DNA of 63,207 nucleotides, filler included, from Globobulimina sp. (Eukaryota): NCBI GenBank assembly GCA_003354225.1. It is 23 parts of 23 records of this genome, joined end to end, with 100 filler letters (N's around TTAATTAATTAA, not from the genome) between each part and the next. Parts side by side here need not be neighbours in the genome. Positions count along the whole stretch, not along the records: positions 1 to 2,655 come from PIVH01005508.1; positions 2,756 to 5,409 come from PIVH01005509.1; positions 5,510 to 8,163 come from PIVH01005510.1; positions 8,264 to 10,917 come from PIVH01005511.1; positions 11,018 to 13,671 come from PIVH01005512.1; 18 more parts are not named here. One strand, 5' to 3'. Shown piece by piece: positions 1 to 11,796 of this stretch (position 1 is its first letter; each line of letters starts with the position of its first letter). The notes under the pieces were generated by a model. It saw only the letters and a program-made list of their open reading frames with translations, ran no database searches and was not told where the DNA came from. The position numbers and the translations under genes were made by a program.

Positions 1-1
1 G

Positions 2-1634
2 ATGTTGGACGGAACGGGTGTTGTTAAATTACAAAACGCGCATTCTGTCAAATATTTACGTATGTAGAACAGCGGCGCGGTCAATTGCGGCTGCGGTGGT
101 GGGAAATGGACCCGGTTTCGATATCACGTGCATCGATCCCCCAATGGCGTCAAATTAGAAAGTTGCCAAATACCTGGCAAGTATGTGGCGATTCGGCCGA
201 ATGGTGTAGTCAGACATGGTGGTGGCGGCATTCATACTCAGTTGACATTTTTAAGACAAGGTGCCGGTGGTGGTCAACAACAGAAAGTGATATATCAACA
301 GCCTCAGGTTATTGTCCAGCAACCGGTGCAGCCACAGGTTATTGTACAGAGACAGCCCCAAGTAATTGTTCAGGTATTTTATAGGTGCAATGAGTGTATA
401 ATTTTATATGATATATAATAATTATATACAGCAACCAACTTATCAACAACAGATAGCGCAGCAACAACAATCACAGCAACAGGCACAAATGGAGCAGGTG
501 CGATTGCAAAACGAGGCCAGTTTGAAGGCACAACAGCAACAAATGGACTTAGAGAGACAGAATATGGAAATACAGAAACAACAAATAGCGCAACAACAAG
601 CTGCCATGTTGGAATCGCAAAGGGTTATGCTACAGCAACAGCAGCAAATGTCGAGTTTATCGCAACAGGCATCCAATGTATGTATGATTTGCTGCTATTC
701 ATTCTGTCGAAGGTTTTGTTTTATAGAATCAACACTTTGCACACACACAGTCGCCGCCATTGCAAAGCGAAGGGATTAGTGGCAGTGCGCCAGTCAATCC
801 ATACTATGGCGATACGCAAGTGCCACAAAACGAGGCAGTGCCCAGTTATCCAGTATTACAGCAACCCGCTGCCGTCGCAGTGCAGCCCATAGTGCAGATA
901 GTGCAGGAAGTGAAGGAGGAGAAAGCAGCACCGGTTATGGGCCAAGGCGCAGCCAATGAAGTATTACAATGGTTGACGCAGTTAAAAATGGAGCGGTATT
1001 ACTCCACCTTCATACAGAATGGGTATGATATGTTAGAGTCCATTGGTGAGATCACAAGGGAAGATCTAAAGGAAATGGGTGTTGCATTAGGTACGTTTTG
1101 TTGTCGTATAATGGCTATATACACACAATTATGTTTTATTAATTTGTGACAGGTCATATTAAAATTATTGTCAGTGCGAGTATAACGGCGCCATTTCAAA
1201 ACCGCAAATTAAAAGTAAGATCGGTGCGGTATGAAACCTATTTGTCAGAGTATGGTAAACCGAAAAAAATGGACAATGGCGGCATTCGATGTATATTGCA
1301 GCACAATGAAAAGAAGGATAAAGCGGGCTGTGTTTGGCAATTTGAGCTTTTGGAAGATAATTTTTTCCGATTAAAGCATGTTCCAACTGGCTCATGGCTA
1401 CGATTAATGAAACCTGACGAAAAAATTGATACAAGATCGCCATTTACTCAATCGAGTAAATTGGCATTGGAGAAAGATGAAAATGCCAAAGGCGTTTATT
1501 ATATTAAAGAGGTTAAGCAAGATATTTATGTTAAATTTGACGAGCCGCGAACGTTTGGTTCGAATGAGATGATGGGGACTACAAAAAGAGACAGTAGTTG
1601 TAAAATAAATTTATTATTAATTAAAACCTTTTAA
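2..1634 (+). CDS. Multi-exon protein: beta-trefoil-like repeats, Gln-rich linker, SAM domain, C-terminal beta-trefoil-like domain (5' partial)
   Basis: GT-AG introns at 374-431, 678-750 and 1091-1152 join the ORFs in frame. SAM signature is V.QWL..LKMERY...F..NGYD.LE....IT.EDLKEMGVALG|HIKII. There is an in-frame TAG at 65-67. Confidence 0.75.
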
Positions 1635-1945
1635 TTAAGATTTAGTTTCTTTTTGTCATTTATTTGTATTTTCTTTTAATTATTAATATAATTATTATAA
1701 AGATGCAGTCTTGTAATCTATTATGGTTTAGTGAATAGTACGTATTAAATAATACGATTATTACGATAAAGTCCATCTGTCTTCGTGTGTCAACTCAGTT
1801 CAATAGGACTGCAGCGTGAATACACATTGTTTTGTAGAATAAAATTAAACGTAATAATTATAAAAAAAAACATAAATTATACAGAATGCAATTAATTATA
1901 GCTTAGTTATAAAATTATATAATTACCCTTAAAAGTCACTCAATA

Positions 1946-2655
1946 TCACCTTGCTACACCAATTAACATATTGCGCGTAATCAATTTTCTTAATTGCTTA
2001 TCTGACATACTTCTCCAATTTGGAATTTGTGATTGATGCGGTAATATCATATATCGTACCTCATTATTACTATCATGCACTTTTAATTGCATATCCTGCG
2101 GTATTATCAAATCAAATTCTTCCTTCAATAATTCTCTTGGTCGTGATACAGCCATCGAACGAAACTTTTTATGTTTATACCAATCGGGCGGTATTCCCAA
2201 CACATTCCGTGGATAACAACTGCACAACGTACAACAAATCAAATTATGCAAATCTTGCCTATTTTCTACAATTCGCAGCACGCATTCTTCACCAATTCCT
2301 GTGTCATAATTATTCTCTGCCAACACACTCATCGTATCATTCAATAATCGATATTTAAATGTCGCGTCTTTCCAAGCACGAATCACGAGCTCTGCGCCAA
2401 AGTTACTGTGTTGCTGACTGTCCACTCTCTCAATCTGCGCTCTCAACGCTTTCATTGTAATCACCTTTTTTTCAATCAGTAAACTGATGGTAATATCAGC
2501 CAATATTTGATATGGAGACAATGTGGACTCTCGAACCACTGCTTCGTGTTTGATCGCATCAATTGATTTATGTTCATGTACAGGGTCAGCAGCAGCAGTT
2601 TCGTGTTGTAACCAATGCTGTAATACATCCAGAATAACAGTATGTGTTTCTGCAG
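1946..2655 (-). CDS. Nitrile hydratase, eukaryotic beta-alpha fusion type (5' partial; Co-type alpha metal site)
   Basis: Alpha-subunit motifs CCTLCSCYPRNVLGIPPDWYK and VHDSNNEVRYMILP. The frame stays open upstream of 2539 to the contig end, reading AETHTVILDVLQHWLQHETAAADPVHEHKSIDAIKHEAVVRE, which resembles a beta-subunit C-terminus plus linker. Confidence 0.85.
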
Positions 2656-2755
2656 NNNNNNNNNNNNNNNNNNNNNNNNNNNNNNNNNNNNNNNNNNNNT
2701 TAATTAATTAANNNNNNNNNNNNNNNNNNNNNNNNNNNNNNNNNNNNNNNNNNNN
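2656..2755. other. Artificial contig spacer (44N-TTAATTAATTAA-44N), first of 22
   Basis: The same 100-nt linker recurs at 5410, 8164, 10918, 13672, 16426, 19180, 21933, 24686, 27439, 30192, 32944, 35696, 38448, 41200, 43952, 46704, 49456, 52207, 54958, 57708 and 60458. Contig lengths fall steadily from 2655 to 2650. Confidence 0.99.
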
Positions 2756-2937
2756 ATCATTTTGTGTTTTGTAAAATATTGTTTGAGTTTTAGATACATA
2801 TCACACTGCACACTCGCCTGGGATTCCTTTTGTTTTGACTGAAATTTATATTTGCTATCGTTGGTTGTAGTTTTAGGGTCAAACATTCGGTTTTAGGGTT
2901 TTTCACTTGAGTATACCTATACCTTGCATCATTGATC

Positions 2938-3939
2938 ATGGCTCCCACTACACACGTCTGTTGTAAGCTATGCATTTTGGATGGCAAAAAGATTAAACAC
3001 TGTATAAAGAAATTGACGAATTTCAGTGCACATCTCAACAATACGCACAACAAAAATAAAGATCGGAAAAAATACTATTACAAAGTCAAAGAAGTCAGTG
3101 GCAAACATTACAAATTTGAGCCTATGATCCCATCTATGGAGTTTTTTACGAATCAAAATCTCAAACACAAATACAACCAATCATTGAAAGAAGAAATCGA
3201 ATCCAATCCATTGCAATCAACAAATGATAATTTGAATGAAATGAAGCAGCAAAGTCTGTCACCAATACTGGAAATTAATCCACAAATACAACCAATCATT
3301 GATCCATATCAACAACACAACCAACATATTATGTTAGTATCACCGCAGCAATCAATAAATGATGCAATCATGAATAATCCAATCATTCAACAGTTACTTT
3401 TACAGCAAAAGCAGCAACAAATGGAAATCGACGCATTGAAAGCAAACAATAAACCAATCATTGTCACTGATATTTATTCGTTTAAACAAGTATTCAAAGA
3501 TAAAATTACAGTGCACAAATATGAATTCCCACATTCATTGGCAGGTTATGTTTGGTTTATTTGCACAGAACATAAAAATAAATTCAACATAGAAAGACCT
3601 GAATCTGCTGCAGAGGTGACAGTTGGAAAGACATATAATTGGGTCAGTGGTTTTGTATTAGTGTTAACAATGATTAAATCGTGGAAACAATTGAGAAATT
3701 CTGCGACTATTCATTTAAAGACACATTCAAGCGACGCAAAGCCTTACATACCAGACAAAGAAGAGTCGATTCGAGCGATACAAGAGTTAATTCGTATTGT
3801 TTGTAGAGGATTAGATACGTATAAATATTATTATTCTGTTAAAATCATATTATTTCACAATATTATGTTGACTGATGAAGTATATTTTGTTTTATTTTGC
3901 AGGAAAACATCTTCAAATTCTCATATCATATATCCATAA
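2938..3939 (+). CDS. Hypothetical protein with N-terminal C2H2/BED-like zinc finger and Gln-rich region
   Basis: CKLC...NFSAHLNNTH at the N-terminus. The 3' part is probably spliced near 3819-3902. Confidence 0.45.
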   Translation: MAPTTHVCCKLCILDGKKIKHCIKKLTNFSAHLNNTHNKNKDRKKYYYKVKEVSGKHYKFEPMIPSMEFFTNQNLKHKYNQSLKEEIESNPLQSTNDNLNEMKQQSLSPILEINPQIQPIIDPYQQHNQHIMLVSPQQSINDAIMNNPIIQQLLLQQKQQQMEIDALKANNKPIIVTDIYSFKQVFKDKITVHKYEFPHSLAGYVWFICTEHKNKFNIERPESAAEVTVGKTYNWVSGFVLVLTMIKSWKQLRNSATIHLKTHSSDAKPYIPDKEESIRAIQELIRIVCRGLDTYKYYYSVKIILFHNIMLTDEVYFVLFCRKTSSNSHIIYP

Positions 3940-5062
3940 TTTTATCTCAGAATGTCAATATGTGCTCTCAGAACATCTCATAATCGAGGATTTTATACAC
4001 ATAATTGTATCATATTCATATCCATATTCATTTGATGTTAAACAGGCACGCATTGAAAAAAACAAATCAAAGAGCAAAGTTCATCATTTGAAGGAATGGC
4101 TAATTGGCATTTGAAGCAGTATTAATGATTTTATCAGCCGTGAAGACGTAGTTTGGCAGCTGTGTAAATGACTCATTATTTGACCAATTTTGCTGAAAAG
4201 CACTTACTGATCTAGAACGCATGTTTGTGATCTAGAAATCCTGAAAAAACTAGAGCTTGGACAAATTTTTAAGTTTCACAGAACTTCCGGGAATCATTTT
4301 TTTGATTTTTCTATATTTTTTTCAATTGATTTGGTGAAAAATAGAAGAAGTCATTTTTCGAGCAAAACAGCATTTTCTGACCGTCTGTAAAACAGCTGTG
4401 GTTATACTTTTTTGGCAGTGAGCCCGTGCCTCAGTGATGCTCTCTGTATTTTTCATTACACATTCAAACTTACATTTCCATTCATTACAATCACTCAATA
4501 CTTATCTCAGTTTTAAATATAATTATTTTCACAAATTCATATTTACATTCGATGTGTCATATTCCATCTGTTTCTAAAATACAAATCCATTTGCGAAATG
4601 ACCATCCAATCGCATCAACGCAATGCATTTCGTGCCTGTTAATATTACTCACACACAAACAAAGACAGTTCATTTCTCAAACCGTGTATGAATACAGTTG
4701 CTATGAAAACAAAACATGTTTTCCAATACGGATTGGATCGATGCCTGTCCATACTTTCCGCTGCAGTGATTGGTGTCGGAATATCTGCTGTGATGTGTTA
4801 CAGATGACAATACGAGTGTTGATTTGAATGATGGCTGTATACACCAACCAGTTGACATGCTTTTCACGTTTTTGAGAACATAGTTTTTTTTTTGAGTAAC
4901 AAGAATGGTTCCAGTTCGGAATTTCAACACAACAAAAAAAGATTTAATATAAACTAAAACTAACTCGAGCGATTTAAAAACAAAAAAACAAAACAAGAAA
5001 TAAATCTAAGTTGGTAAACATTGATATAAAACCAACGAAATCGCCGTTGTTATACACAGGCT

Positions 5063-5409
5063 TCAATTATCATTCTCATCCAAATCATTGACAGGAATCT
5101 CCTCCAAATTGTCACACATCCATTGCCATAATGCATCCACATTCCGGCCACATTCAATGCTCTTTAGCGCCCATGCCTGGAGCCAATGGAATACCTCTTC
5201 GTCTCCGCTCTGCAATAAATGATAATATGATTCAGTAAACTCCGATAACATTTTGACATTGACCAAAGATGTAATTATCGGAGCTTTCAAATGTATCCAT
5301 GACATTCATGCTGCTTTCAACTGATCTTCATATCTCGGCAGGCTCAAAATCGTTCCCGCTCTGTACGGATTATTGCCCAATAATTCCGACAAATATTTAG
5401 AACTGGCAT
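5063..5409 (-). CDS. C-terminal fragment of an unknown protein with an in-frame TGA at 5306-5308
   Basis: Reads ...LPRYEDQLKAA*MSWIHLKAP... in one frame from the contig end. Confidence 0.35.
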
Positions 5410-5613
5410 NNNNNNNNNNNNNNNNNNNNNNNNNNNNNNNNNNNNNNNNNNNNTTAATTAATTAANNNNNNNNNNNNNNNNNNNNNNNNNNNNNNNNNNN
5501 NNNNNNNNNTTATCAATTACCAAGTAAACTTGTAGAATATAGAATTGTGTTGATTCCATTTTTTAGTATAATATCTCTAAAACTCGACAAATCTCAAAAA
5601 CTCAAAGAAGACC

Positions 5614-6400
5614 ATGACAACCTTCAGTTCACATAATCGTGCAGAAAATTGTTGGATGCAATGTAGAGCACAACCACGGACATATTATATGGCATTAATC
5701 ATGGTTAATTTTAGTTATTTATGTATAAGAACAACCCCTATAGCTAACAGCAAATATTAAATTACTAAAATATACAGTTATTAGTTGCTTATTTATTCAA
5801 TATAGTTGCAATGCCTATCAACAGATTGGCGACGGTGACAGTCACAAATCATGAAAAAGATACGGAATGGGAATCAGTTTGGTATTTCTTATTTTAATTT
5901 AATTTAATTCCATTTGTTTTGTTTTGTATTTGATATATTATATTAAGTATTGCGCATGGAATCATTTAGAACATGGAGCAACAATCGCGCATAAACCAGA
6001 ACACAGCGACTATCATAACTATTGTAAAGAATTTACTGTATTTTGTGAGGAAAGTAAAAAAGGTAAAATATGGTTAGTAATGGGCGTAACTGCTATTTTT
6101 GTAGGTTTTTTTGCGTGGGCTGGTATATTAAGAGAATTACGCAAAGATTCAAAAGCAATTACTATCATAGCTATGGTGTTATATTCAATTATATGCAGTG
6201 TGAATGTCATTGTCTATTTAGTACAAAATGGCGGGACATCACAGTGTGCACACAATTCGTGCGATTTCCTAAACTCAATTCCTGATCAACATTATCATTG
6301 TACTGCTACGTGGGGATTATCCTTAATATTTATGTTAATTGCTGGTGTTTTAGCCATTTTGAGTGCAATATTTACTGCTTTGATAAATTATGATTTATGA
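5614..6400 (+). CDS. Four-transmembrane (claudin/amastin-like) membrane protein with introns
   Basis: ATG at 5614, two AT-rich introns, hydrophobic helices separated by Cys-containing loops. Confidence 0.5.
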
Positions 6401-6641
6401 ATTGTTCATCACTGTGTTGTTTGTGTTTTTTCCTTCCTTGTTTTTTCCCAATAATTTACAATATTAATTGTCAAAAGAAAATCAGGGTTCTCAAACTGCA
6501 GAATTTAATGCAATAAATATAGCTTCTTTAGAATATATTGTATACATTATCCTTGCACTGCATGTATCCAAAAGGTAGTATTCTAAAGTATATACAATAC
6601 TTTTTTTTTGTAAATACCTGGCAGTTAATACATGTTATATG

Positions 6642-7340
6642 TTATATGTCTGTCTGAAGTGAACATCTGCGTTGATGTGCATGTGAGTGACAACATATTG
6701 TATCATGCAAATTGGTGGGTATACCATAAATCATTGCGATTCCAAACACATTTTTTATTGAGTCCACTATGTTTAGCATTGAATGAGAACCAAAAAGAGG
6801 ATAGCAAATGTTTAGAAACATCAAATTGATTGCTGTAAATAATCCATATTTTGAGATGATATTCATATTGTTGTCAGGTAGTATGTTAGCGAGTGATCTA
6901 TAATTATAATACAGTGTAACCATTCCAAACAGAGATATCATTTCAAACATTAATAATAACGATGCGGAGATCTCATTATTATTCAGAGTGTAATTATATG
7001 TTACAATGAATGGTAAAAGACATGCCATAAATGTGAAATACAATAACTTGGCAGAGATTGCATTTACTTTCAACATTGAACAATTATATGATATTTGCAA
7101 ATGATTAATGAAATTCAATGCAATCAGACATTGTGTTGTTAAAATAAACAGTGATTCGATAACGAATAACCAATATGTAACAAATAACTGGACATAAATA
7201 AATACATTGATCATTATATGCAATGGTATAGCTGCCAAATTCCAATATATCATCACTGTTTTCAATCCATTATTTATTGGTGCCAATGCTGACAATATAT
7301 ATGTTATCACACAAACTGACAAACAAAAAATAAAATACAT
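6642..7340 (-). CDS. Polytopic membrane protein (about 6-7 TM), function unknown
   Basis: 232-aa ORF with multiple hydrophobic segments. Confidence 0.55.
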   Translation of the reverse strand: MYFIFCLSVCVITYILSALAPINNGLKTVMIYWNLAAIPLHIMINVFIYVQLFVTYWLFVIESLFILTTQCLIALNFINHLQISYNCSMLKVNAISAKLLYFTFMACLLPFIVTYNYTLNNNEISASLLLMFEMISLFGMVTLYYNYRSLANILPDNNMNIISKYGLFTAINLMFLNICYPLFGSHSMLNIVDSIKNVFGIAMIYGIPTNLHDTICCHSHAHQRRCSLQTDI

Positions 7341-7719
7341 TTACTTTCTTGCTAGGCTCATTGCTAAGTTTTTTTTTGAAGTATTAAAACTCAGTATTGA
7401 CCATGGAGCGTACCAAAAAAGATGAATATGACCTCGAGCTCGAATGCCTGCATGTTATTTAAACACAATGAAATCTCACTGCACACAACTATTGAGCAAA
7501 AGTTGAAGTCCGATCACTACAATGAAAATTAGCTCAATAGTTGTGACTGCAGTGTAATGACTGCAGTCTAATCAAATGTTTAATATGCTCGTCAGATAAT
7601 TACTATATTTTACAACGAGAATTTTTTTTTAATAATTTTCCTTTTTTTCAATTCACAAATTTGGTTGTATCTTAATTCCATATTGCTTAAAATAGTAAAA
7701 TGTAAAAATTGATATGATT

Positions 7720-8040
7720 ATGGTAAAAGACATGCGATAAATGCGAAATACAATAACTTGACAGAGATTCCATTTACTTTCAACATTGAGCAATTGCATG
7801 ATATTTGCAAATGATTAATGAAATAAACCGTGATTCGATAACGAATAACCAATATGTAACAAATAACTGGACATAAATAAATACATTGATCATTATATGC
7901 AATGGTACAGTTGCCAAATTCCAATATATCATCACTGTTTTCAATCCATTTATTGATGCCAATGCTGACAATAGTCACAATACATATGTTATCACACAAA
8001 CTGACAAACACAAAATAAAATACATTTACTTTCTTGCTCT
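7720..8040 (-). pseudogene. Degenerate partial duplicate of the 5' half of the 6642-7340 gene
   Basis: Aligns by eye to about 7010-7352 with substitutions, a ~30-nt deletion and small frameshifting indels. Confidence 0.8.
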
Positions 8041-8319
8041 TGCTCATTAGACTCCTGCTAACTAACTTTTTTCTGTGAGCTATAACTGAAAGGTTCAATT
8101 ACATGTCACTTCCGCTTTAGTCTGCCAACTTTAAATCGGTTTCCCATTAATGAATTTAACCCANNNNNNNNNNNNNNNNNNNNNNNNNNNNNNNNNNNNN
8201 NNNNNNNTTAATTAATTAANNNNNNNNNNNNNNNNNNNNNNNNNNNNNNNNNNNNNNNNNNNNGATTTCCAGGTTTATACATTCTAAAAACGTTTGTTTT
8301 TGACAGTTGCGTATTAATA

Positions 8320-10242
8320 ATATGAGTATGCGGATTCCGTCCATTCCTGGCCATGCTGAGGAGAAAGAGGAGGAAAAAAAAGAGGAAACATCGCAATTTA
8401 TGCAGAAACAACAGGATAAATTGCGGAATTTGCTCCGTTATCAGTCGCTCGATGATTTGGATATTGGTCACTATGAAAGAAAAGAACCTGACATCTTAGG
8501 TATAAGTAAGCGGAGTGTCCATCATTTTGAAACCATTCATCGTAAGAAGTCTATGCCAGGAGGCAACAGATCCCGCTCTAGACACAAATCAGTGGACATA
8601 TTCACAGACGAAGACGATGAGAATGAGCCAGTACCGACGTATCAGAGAAAGAGGAGTTCATCAACGGGACACATCCCATCTATTTATTCCATTCAGGTAT
8701 ATATTTGTTTCATGTGTGTATAATTAATGATATTACGCGTAATTATACTTCAAATCAACTGCTTTTAAGACCCCATCAATGTCGACATTGCCTGGATTTG
8801 CGCGGATTACTCAGAATAAAATATCTTCATTTACGCAGCCGTGCTATTTAAATAACGGTATCTACGGCGAATGGATCTATTTTATAGGCAAAAATAATGA
8901 ATGTTTTAAGTATAATATAAAATCTAATCAATATCTACCTTTTGCGAACTATGAATCTAAAGTAAATGCATTGGATAATTTCACGGCATGCATGGATGCC
9001 AATGGTAAGAGAATATTTATCATGTCAGCTGCTGGCATGTTTATGGAGTGTATGAACATTGATGAGCAGAAAGAATATGTGTGGAATGAGCACAATGTCA
9101 CAATATATGCAGATGGCATTGATGCTGTATCCAAACCATCGCAGTATGACATAAGTGCCTATGGCGAGGATGTGACGTCGATATTCATTGCGGCGGACAT
9201 CTGTGAGTTGCATGTTATTGGCGGTAAGTTTAATAATTGCCATATGCGGTGGGATGAGCATAACAAAATGATTAAGTTGCATGAATTTGACACTTTTCGT
9301 AGTATTCAAGGACATGGGATATTATATATTCACAATGAATGGAACAAAGCATTCAAATCTAAATTATGTTTGTTTGGCGGCTATGTTGTAGGTGCCGAGG
9401 CTTATACTGATCACATTTTATGCTGTGATGTAACGGAAAATATGCAACAATGTGAATGGAATTCGTTTGATATTACATTACCAAAAGCATTGGCATATTT
9501 TGGTGCGGTCGTATATAGGAATATATTCATCATAATATTTGGGGGTCGCAGCGGCAAACATTTTTCCGATGAAATTTGGTATTTGAATATAAATTCAATG
9601 CTATGGAAGTGTTCGAAGATACAATGTCCACTTAAATGGAGAGGCAGATGGTATGCAATTTTGAGCGATGAGAATGTGGTACATTTGTTCCAAAGGGATT
9701 ATAGCAAGCATTTTACGATAAAAATAAGTGAAATTGTCAGTGATAAGGAATTGAATGTAGCTGAAACAGAGCAGGAAAATAAATATAAACAGCAACACCA
9801 TCAACAACGCACAGCGTTCGAGATTCAAAGACAAAAGGAAATATTTTATAAGACGGCGTCAACTGTTATGGATGCAGCGCAGTCACGTTCAGTCACGTCG
9901 ACTGCTACGGATATATCGATATCTGTGACGCCGATACCGCAGGAATATCAAATAAAAATTAAACCGAAACCGGTTGCCGTTGCACAAAAACAAGAGAAAA
10001 AAATAACAGAAACAATTGCAAGTACTGGCTATAATGAGGAGCGTAAGGATTATGATGAGACTACTCCGCTGCTACAGAATGGTGCGGAACAAATGACGGA
10101 TGAAGAGGTAGAAACGGAAAGGTTTACATGTAGAGCACTTTATGATTGGTTTACTGGTTTATGTCGGACTGAACCTGCATCAGAATCAGCACCAACTACG
10201 GATTATAATCGCATTGTAAGTAATTCGATTGATGTTGATTAA
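8320..10242 (+). CDS. Kelch-repeat beta-propeller protein with low-complexity termini
   Basis: Repeated LHVIGG, LCLFGGY, IIIFGG and IWYLN..W motifs. An intron at about 8697-8769 joins ORFs 8307 and 8779. Confidence 0.75.
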
Positions 10243-10445
10243 CTTTTTGTTGCTTATTTGTGTATTTTAAATGTGTTTGAGCACTGCTGACTGAGTGTTT
10301 TGAAGTAGTACAGATAATATGATAGCTTTGAAGAAACATACGATAAATAGAACTAGGGTTGTTATAAATGAATAAAAGTATGTGTGACGACAATATGAAC
10401 AACAAAATGACAACAACGTGTACAAACCAGTGAGTATGTGTTGGT

Positions 10446-10917
10446 TTACTGTTTTTGTAACGGTTTGGTGTTAATTTGTTTTGTTCTTTCTTTTGCTTTA
10501 ACTCTGACTGCAAATATACACTTTAACACCGCGGATAATCTCTTTTCTTCAAACAAATCGTTAGTATCAAACAGATTAATCTCAGATATTCCCAATTCCC
10601 TGCATCCATTAATAAATATGGTAATATTCACTCTTTGCACATACGCTATCTTCGATTCTTTATAATTTCTACAGATTCCATTTTCAATCTTATTCAACAA
10701 CTCACAAAGAACCAATCCATCCTTCAATTTACCAAAGAAATCATGTTCATCATACACTGCCAAACCTATATAATTATGTACATACATACAATTAATATTT
10801 ATTCTATTAAATATATGCACAAAATACCAGTATTCTCATCCACATCTTTAGCAAACTCATCCTTAAATACTGTCATTTCACTAATTATTCTTTCAAGGCG
10901 GTCTATAAGTAGCGAGG
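10446..10917 (-). CDS. Calponin-homology (CH) domain protein, 5' partial
   Basis: LKDGLVLCELLNKI...NITIFINGCRELGI.EINLFDTNDLFE is a calponin/transgelin-type CH domain. One intron at about 10768-10828. Confidence 0.85.
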
Positions 10918-11017
10918 NNNNNNNNNNNNNNNNNNNNNNNNNNNNNNNNNNNNNNNNNNNNTTAATTAATTAANNNNNNNNNNNNNNNNNNNNNNNNNNN
11001 NNNNNNNNNNNNNNNNN

Positions 11018-11710
11018 TGTCATCGATTATAATCAGAGTTTGTCCACCATTGGGGTCTGCCATTTCTTCGAGATCCGCTTCGGTGACTATGTCTCCTTTG
11101 ACAAAGTCACATTTAATCCCTTGAGCTGCTAGTCGTTCCTTTATTTTATCGTAAATCTCTTGGTAACCTGAAAAATTTTCAGTTAAGATCATAAGCCAAA
11201 TGGTAAATAAGGTACTTACAACTGTAAAAGAAGAAGATACGAGTTGGCACTGGATTGTAAATATTGCTGGCATTTTGCAATGTATCCATCAAAAGTGTTG
11301 TTTTGCCCTGAAATGTACCTCACGTGTAAGGCTATTATAGCTCATTTTACATCTAAACTCACACTCTGACTAGCTCCTGCAAATATAAAGTTGTGAGGCA
11401 ATTGAAGACGTCTGTCAAACTCATCGTTTTCCATGGTCCGTTTATCAAATTCGTTATTTGTCACAGTAGCGGAAGCAGATGATACTGCGTTAGTGACACC
11501 AGATGTCATTGCTGGCACTGTATTGGATACTATATCTCGATGAAACTTCTCAATATGCCTCTTAAGACTGTCTTTTCTATTGCTTTCAAAACCACAATGT
11601 TGACATGGACAGCATGACTTGGGCATGTGAACTATGTAATGACGGTCATAGTTGTCTTGTCTATTAAAAGATTCACCACATTCACCACAAACAATTATCG
11701 GAGCCATCAT
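11018..11710 (-). CDS. C2H2 zinc finger-fused Polinton packaging ATPase (3 exons, 3' partial)
   Basis: Exons are 11710-11363, 11307-11220 and 11167-11018; introns are 11362-11308 (55 nt, GTGAGT...ATTTCAG) and 11219-11168 (52 nt, GTAAGT...TTTTCAG). The spliced protein has two C2H2 fingers, then FDRRLQLPHNFIFAGASQS|GKTTLLMDTLQNASNIYNPVPTRIFFFYS(C)YQEIY...LIIIDD (Walker A and B). Confidence 0.85.
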
Positions 11711-11796
11711 AAGAACCGACCGCACACGACCAATCCAGATATGTTAATGATGCTTTAAACAATATCTTACAAGATATATACTATATCTCCTGTTTC

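Noticed and set aside
65-67. In-frame TAG (and TGA at 5306-5308) as evidence of a variant genetic code or readthrough
   Set aside because: Each is an isolated single-transition case within about 100 bp of a contig end. Other genes use TAA, TAG and TGA as normal stops, and long ORFs contain none. Sequencing error or a pseudogene allele is more likely.
443-676. Cys-rich metallothionein-like ORF
   Set aside because: It is the antisense shadow of the CAA/CAG Gln-rich exon.
2700-2711. Recurring TTAATTAATTAA as a biological repeat
   Set aside because: It is a six-frame-stop linker inside N padding. ORFs ending in X...LIN are artefacts, and apparent gene clusters across linkers are not real.
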